This document shows, in pieces, positions 59,268-64,000 of a stretch of DNA of 64,000 nt. The notes beneath the pieces are model-generated. The model ran no database searches. It was not told the DNA's origin and was given only the letters and a program-made list of their open reading frames with translations. Position 1 is the first letter of the stretch; every line of letters begins with the position of its first letter. The stretch is from positions 57,444 to 121,443 of the forward strand of contig JAKAFU010000001.1 of assembly GCA_021825865.1 (NCBI GenBank), given 5' to 3'. The position numbers and the translations under genes are program-made. This DNA is from a bacterium. GTDB taxonomy: Bacteria; SZUA-79; Acidulodesulfobacterales; Acidulodesulfobacteraceae.

Positions 59268-59639
59268 ATGAAGGCGAAATCATTAAACAGGAAAAAAGGA
59301 GAAACCGGAGAAAAATTAGCTAAAGAATTTTTAGAGAAATTAGGATATAAAATTATAGCAGCTAATTTTAGAAAAAAATGCGGGGAAATTGATATAATAG
59401 CTGATAAAAGTCAAAACAACATTTATTTTATCGAGGTTAAATCAAGATTTCAGAATAATTTTGGAATGCCTTTAGAAGCCGTTAACGGTAAAAAGATGGA
59501 TAAGATAGCAAAAGTGTCGGAACTATTTTTGCTGGAATATCCGGAAACGCCGAAATCAATAAACTATGCAATAATATCAATAGAATATCTATCTAACAGT
59601 TCGATTAAACTTATATTTTTTGAAAATGGATTTGATTAA
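59268..59639 (+). CDS. YraN-family (UPF0102) endonuclease-like protein
   Basis: 123 aa. ..KKGETGEKLAKEFLEKLGYKIIAANFRKKCGEIDIIA....IYFIEVKSR... The rnhB-yraN adjacency is common. Confidence 0.8.
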   Translation: MKAKSLNRKKGETGEKLAKEFLEKLGYKIIAANFRKKCGEIDIIADKSQNNIYFIEVKSRFQNNFGMPLEAVNGKKMDKIAKVSELFLLEYPETPKSINYAIISIEYLSNSSIKLIFFENGFD

Positions 59640-60600
59640 ATTATCTTTAGCGCAAATTGCTCCAGTGCCGGGATTATTAGCTTATAATCTTGAGAAGCAT
59701 CTGGAATATATAGACAGAGCAAAACAGGCAGGCAGCGAGCTTGTAATATTTCCGGAACTGTCCCTGACGGGCTATTTTTTGAAAGATGCCGTTTATGATT
59801 CCGCTATAGACTTCAACGATATTATAGTAAATAATATTGCTGCAGACAAAGTTCAAACTCGAAATATCGGAAACGGCGGCTGCAGAAATACAATAAATAA
59901 TAAAAATGAAATAAAAAATAAGAATGATGAGATAAAAAATAATAGCTATATTTTAGACGAGCTTTTAGATAAAAGCAGCGAAATTGCAGTAATTGCAGGA
60001 TTTGTTGAATCCGATGAAGACTTTAACTTTTATAACAGCACATGTTGTTTATCTGGAGGCAATATACTGCATGTCCATAGGAAAGTATATTTGCCGACTT
60101 ACGGTATGTTTGAAGAAATGCGCTATTTTAAACAGGGCAAAGCATTTGGAGTGTTCGATATTTTAGGAACAAAGGCAGCTATATTGACATGCGAGGACGC
60201 ATGGCATCTGTCTTCTTCATATATCGCGGTTAATAAAGGCGCCAAGCTGATTATAATTAATTCTGCTTCTCCTGCCAGAGGAATTGAAGAAGAAAATGCT
60301 CAATTCAGTTCCGTTAAGATGTGGGAAGAACTGCTCTCGGTCATAGCCTTTTATTATAAAAGCTATGTTATATATGTAAACAGGGTAGGTTTTGAAGACG
60401 GAATAGGTTTTTCGGGAGGTTCGTGCGTATTTTCCCCTAACGGCACAAAGGATTATTGTCTTGATTATCTTGACGAAGGATTGCTGAATATTGAACTCAA
60501 TCTTGATTTTTTAAAAAATGAAAGGTTTAAAACTCCTATATTGAGAGACGAAAACTTAGATATTACCTTAAAAGAACTTAACGGCATAATAAACCGCTAA
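59620..60600 (+). CDS. Carbon-nitrogen hydrolase (nitrilase superfamily) protein, likely the glutaminase partner of NadE
   Basis: 326 aa. Glu-Lys-Cys triad contexts ..VIFPELSLTGY.., ..HRKVYLPTYG.., ..AILTCEDAW... Asn/Lys-rich insertion. Directly upstream of nadE. Confidence 0.8.
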   Translation: MKMDLIKLSLAQIAPVPGLLAYNLEKHLEYIDRAKQAGSELVIFPELSLTGYFLKDAVYDSAIDFNDIIVNNIAADKVQTRNIGNGGCRNTINNKNEIKNKNDEIKNNSYILDELLDKSSEIAVIAGFVESDEDFNFYNSTCCLSGGNILHVHRKVYLPTYGMFEEMRYFKQGKAFGVFDILGTKAAILTCEDAWHLSSSYIAVNKGAKLIIINSASPARGIEEENAQFSSVKMWEELLSVIAFYYKSYVIYVNRVGFEDGIGFSGGSCVFSPNGTKDYCLDYLDEGLLNIELNLDFLKNERFKTPILRDENLDITLKELNGIINR

Positions 60601-60625
60601 TTAAATATTAAAAAAATAAATAACG

Positions 60626-61525
60626 ATGCTCAATCAATATCTGCCGAAGATAGATTCGACTAATTTCAAAAATATTAATAAACTGCTTATGAATTTTATT
60701 AGAGAAGAAGTAGGCAGAACCGGTGTAAATAAAATTGTGCTGGGGCTCTCAGGCGGTATAGATTCTGCTGTCTCTTGCTATCTCGCGGCAGCGGCGCTCG
60801 GAAGCGAAAATGTTTCGGCAGTTATGATGCCATACAAAACGAGTTCATCAAAAAGCCTTGAAGATGCTATGCTTGTTGTAAAAGATTTAAACATAAGTTA
60901 TTATATCGCTGATATAACCGACCAGATTGACAGTTATTTTGCTCAGTCGGTTTACAATAAATCATATTATAATAATTCAAATTTGGATTTTGAAAAAAAA
61001 TATAATGAAAATGATTATGAATTAAAACTCAGAATGGGCAATAAAATGGCACGGGAAAGGATGTCTATTTTATATGACTATTCCTATATTTTAAATTCTT
61101 TAGTGTTGGGTACAAGCAATAAATCAGAACTGTTATTGGGCTACGGAACAATTTACGGCGATATGGCGTCTGCCGTAAATCCGATAGGCGATATTTACAA
61201 AACGCAGATATATCAGCTTGCAAAATATCTCGGTATTCCGGATAGTCTGGTAAACAAAGCCCCTTCGGCAGATTTATGGCAGGACCAGTCCGATGAAGAA
61301 GAACTCGGATTCACTTATAAATTGGCAGACGAAATTATGTATCTTTTAATAGACAAAATGTACAAGCCGGAAGTTGTGATATCTATGGGCTATGCTCCAG
61401 CTGTTATAGAGAAGATTTATAATAAAATAAAAAAATCGCAATTCAAAAGAAGATTGCCGTTAATTGCAAAAGTATCGCAAAGGACTATAAACATAGATTT
61501 CAGATATTTAAGAGACTGGGTTTGA
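60626..61525 (+). CDS. nadE: NAD+ synthetase (single-domain NadE)
   Basis: 299 aa. PP-loop ..LGLSGGIDSAV.., ..VLGTSNKSELLLGYGTIYGD.., ..PIGDIYKTQIYQLAKYLGIP... Confidence 0.9.
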   Translation: MLNQYLPKIDSTNFKNINKLLMNFIREEVGRTGVNKIVLGLSGGIDSAVSCYLAAAALGSENVSAVMMPYKTSSSKSLEDAMLVVKDLNISYYIADITDQIDSYFAQSVYNKSYYNNSNLDFEKKYNENDYELKLRMGNKMARERMSILYDYSYILNSLVLGTSNKSELLLGYGTIYGDMASAVNPIGDIYKTQIYQLAKYLGIPDSLVNKAPSADLWQDQSDEEELGFTYKLADEIMYLLIDKMYKPEVVISMGYAPAVIEKIYNKIKKSQFKRRLPLIAKVSQRTINIDFRYLRDWV

Positions 61526-61663
61526 GATGCGTGGGCTGCTATTGTAACAATAAACTGCGGTTTTTATATATTTGCAATCGAACGCAACAGTGTTTGAGAT
61601 GTGCCGCTATTATAAAAATAAACTTAAAAAATACTATAATAATTAACGTAAAATTGCACCATT

Positions 61664-62365
61664 ATGTACAGTTTGTATGTCGTTGCAACCCCAATAGGAA
61701 ATCTCGAAGATATTACGATAAGGGCTTTGAAGACTTTACGTTCGGTCAGTTTAATAGCCTGCGAAGACACGAGAAAAACGAGAATCCTTACCTCAAGATA
61801 TCATATAAAATCCCGCCTTGTTTCATATCATGAATATAACAAAAGAGGTGCGGCGGAAAATATAGTTTTACATATTCTTAAAACAGGCGACGCTGCTTTA
61901 GTGACTGAAGCCGGAACGCCGCTCATTTCCGACCCCGGTTCTTATCTTGTGAGAATGTGCATTGAAAGAGATATAAGGGTTATACCTATTCCGGGACCTT
62001 CCAGCGTTATAGCTGCCTTGTCCGTATCCGGCGTGGATGTGTCGGAGTTTACTTTTGTGGGTTTTTTGCCTAAAAAACCCGGGAAAAGAAAAAATATGCT
62101 CCTGAGATTGCAGAAGGAAGGAAGAACCTTTGTCGTATTTGAAGCGGCAAGAGATATTGAAAAATTATTTGATGTAATAGAAAATATTTTCGGCAATATA
62201 AAAATCTGTTATGCAAAAGAGCTCACTAAGTTTTTTGAAAATATTAAAACCAAAGAAATAAAATGTCTGCGTGAAGATTTTAAAAGCAATCCTGAACTTC
62301 TAAAAGGCGAAATTACATTAATAGTGTCGCCGGCAGTGACCCCTAAAATTGTAACAAAAATTTAA
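61664..62365 (+). CDS. rsmI: 16S rRNA (cytidine1402-2'-O)-methyltransferase RsmI
   Basis: 233 aa. ..LYVVATPIGNLEDITIRALKTL..V..IACEDTR.., ..LVTEAGTPLISDPG.., ..IPGPSSVIAAL... Confidence 0.9.
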   Translation: MYSLYVVATPIGNLEDITIRALKTLRSVSLIACEDTRKTRILTSRYHIKSRLVSYHEYNKRGAAENIVLHILKTGDAALVTEAGTPLISDPGSYLVRMCIERDIRVIPIPGPSSVIAALSVSGVDVSEFTFVGFLPKKPGKRKNMLLRLQKEGRTFVVFEAARDIEKLFDVIENIFGNIKICYAKELTKFFENIKTKEIKCLREDFKSNPELLKGEITLIVSPAVTPKIVTKI

Positions 62366-62370
62366 CATTT

Positions 62371-62405
62371 CTGTCATCAAACTGTAATACTCCGTTTAGT
62401 ATAAT
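62371..62405 (+). promoter_or_regulatory. Pho box (CTGTCAT-CAAA-CTGTAAT) plus -10 TATAAT: candidate PhoB-dependent promoter
   Basis: Read directly. The two 7-bp direct repeats at 62371..62377 and 62382..62388 match the E. coli-type Pho box CTGTCAT-N4-CTGTMAY. TATAAT at 62400..62405 lies 11 nt downstream. It is 120 bp upstream of a phosphate-transporter gene. Confidence 0.55.
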
Positions 62406-62524
62406 ACCTCTTAATTGAACAATAAAGAATATGGTTAATTTTCATATTTTACTGTTCTGCAGTTATTTTGCGGTATCAAGTAAAACAAACTCAAAAGCAC
62501 ATACTAAAAGAGAGGGGAGGATTT

Positions 62525-63970
62525 ATGAACGAAAGCGGAGAGTTAAGAAGCAAGCTGCTTCAGGATGTTGATGAAGTCGGTCTTGCGAAGCATCATTTTA
62601 GAACTATGTTTACGGCCGGCATGGGATTTTTTACGGACGCTTATGATTTGTTTATTATAGGTGTTACCATAGCCCTGTTAGCTCCGATATGGCATCTGAC
62701 GCCCGTCGACATTGCATGGCTCGGCTCTACATCATTAATAGGCGCAGCGATGGGCGCATATGTTTTCGGCAGGATATCCGATATTTTCGGAAGAAAGGCT
62801 ATTTACGGACTTGAAGTAGTCATACTGTCAATAGCCGCTATAGGTTCCGCCTTTTCTCAGGATATCATGCAGCTTATCATATGGAGATTTATACTCGGTA
62901 TCGGTATAGGCGGCGATTATCCGATAAGCGCGATTATTATGAGCGAATATTCAAACAGAAAAGACAGGGGCAAATTAATCGGCATGGTATTTTCACTGCA
63001 GGGAATAGGATTAATAGCAGGTCCTATGGTTGCAATTTTAATACTTATGCTCGGCGTTCCGCATGATATAGCATGGAGAATTTTATTAGGATTAGGCGCA
63101 ATTCCTGCTGCAAGCGTTATCTATCTTAGAAGAAAGATTAAAGAAACGCCGCATTTTTCGCTTTCGGTTAAAGGTAATGTTGACGGCACTGTTGCGGCGA
63201 TAAATGATATAACCGGTTCAAATATTAAAGTCAAACACGACAATCAGCAGGCAGGGGTAAAAGCAAAGGCAAAATGGACGGATATATTAAAATATCCTTA
63301 TAACGTGAGACTGTTAGGTACTATGGGAAGCTGGTTTTTAGTCGACTGGGCATTTTACGGAAACTCAATTTCATGGCCTCTTGTTATGAAGTCGTTTCTT
63401 CCGCATGCAACGTTTATACAGGGCTTAGCTTTAGCAACAATTGTTTTTATAGTTTTTGCCGCGCCGTTTTACTGGATAGCGTCTTTTAATTTGGATACAC
63501 TGGGAAGAAAATTTATACAGACATTCGGATTTATCGGTATGGCACTAGCCTATCTTATAATATCATTGGTAAGTTATGCAGGATATACTTTAGTACCTGT
63601 AGCTTTTATGCTGATATTCGGATTAAGCTATATATTTATAGAGTTTGGACCGAATATGACGACATTTATTTATCCTGCCGAAGTATATCCGACTTCCATA
63701 AGAGGTCTTGGAGACGGTTTATCCGCCGGAGCAGGAAAAACAGGGGCATTTATCGGAACATTTCTTTTTCCGCTGCTTCTAACCACCATAAAGATTCAGG
63801 GGACATTTTTAGTTCTTGCTATAATTGCAGCAGGAGGAGCTATTTTAACCCTTGTAACGCTGCCTGAAACAAAAAATGTATCTTTAGCTACGGTCAGCGA
63901 AGAAAATCAGTTTGTTAAGGATGACAGTCCTGAATCATTGCAGATGGAAGGACATCCAGCAATAAAATAA
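62525..63970 (+). CDS. MFS inorganic phosphate:H+ symporter of the PHS (Pho84/PHT1-like) family
   Basis: Start placed at ATG 62525 behind RBS GAGGGGAGGA (the ORF track starts at TTG 62468). ..[15 protein letters not shown].. and ..[36 protein letters not shown].. match the PHS signature blocks ([31 protein letters not shown]). 12 TM. Confidence 0.85.
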   Translation: [481 protein letters not shown]

Positions 63971-64000
63971 ATTAGTACCGGCAAATGTAAATTAGCATAA

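Noticed and set aside
61522-61833. 103-aa plus-strand ORF overlapping the start of rsmI
   Set aside because: It is Cys/Arg/Asn-rich nonsense in a different frame from the well-conserved RsmI N-terminus (LYVVATPIGNLEDIT). It has no RBS.

Overview
Visibly AT-rich chromosomal segment from a Gram-negative-type bacterium. TolC, a YidC with a long periplasmic domain, lipoproteins and a beta-barrel OMP support that envelope type. The window spans the replication-origin neighbourhood: mnmG-mnmE-yidC-yidD-rnpA-rpmH on the minus strand, diverging from dnaA-dnaN-gyrB on the plus strand. Most of it is housekeeping: the nrdR-ribD-ribE-ribBA-ribH-nusB block, rph, nth, ileS, tpiA, hisS, gltX, rnhB, nadE, rsmI, queE and a two-subunit biotin carboxylase. 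Many of these conserved proteins carry Asn/Lys-rich low-complexity insertions.

The accessory part is a roughly 12.5 kb sulfur-oxidation locus at 16.6-29.3 kb. A thioredoxin-like / SoxA-like cytochrome c / periplasmic DsrE-like operon and an OMP-soxY-soxZ-DUF302-soxB-DsrE-like operon flank an MCP, a sensor kinase and a sigma-54 (NtrC-type) activator. Both flanking operons have TGGCA-N6-TTGC sigma-54 promoters, and both promoters have a TGTYC-N6-GGACA dyad upstream.

The most interesting item is absent from the ORF track. It is an 82-codon minus-strand TusA/SirA-like sulfur-carrier gene (34779..35027) between nusB and rph. Its only interruption is a TGA exactly at the position of the catalytic Cys (LDIRGLC-TGA-GPP), followed by a hairpin. 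TGA is an ordinary stop elsewhere in the window, so this is a candidate selenocysteine-containing TusA.

Other notable items are a chromosomal TraT homologue, a Pho84/PHT1-type phosphate transporter behind a near-consensus Pho box, a SoxY that ends at ...GGC, and several perfect palindromes and local direct repeats. I found no tRNA, rRNA, CRISPR array, transposase or integrase.
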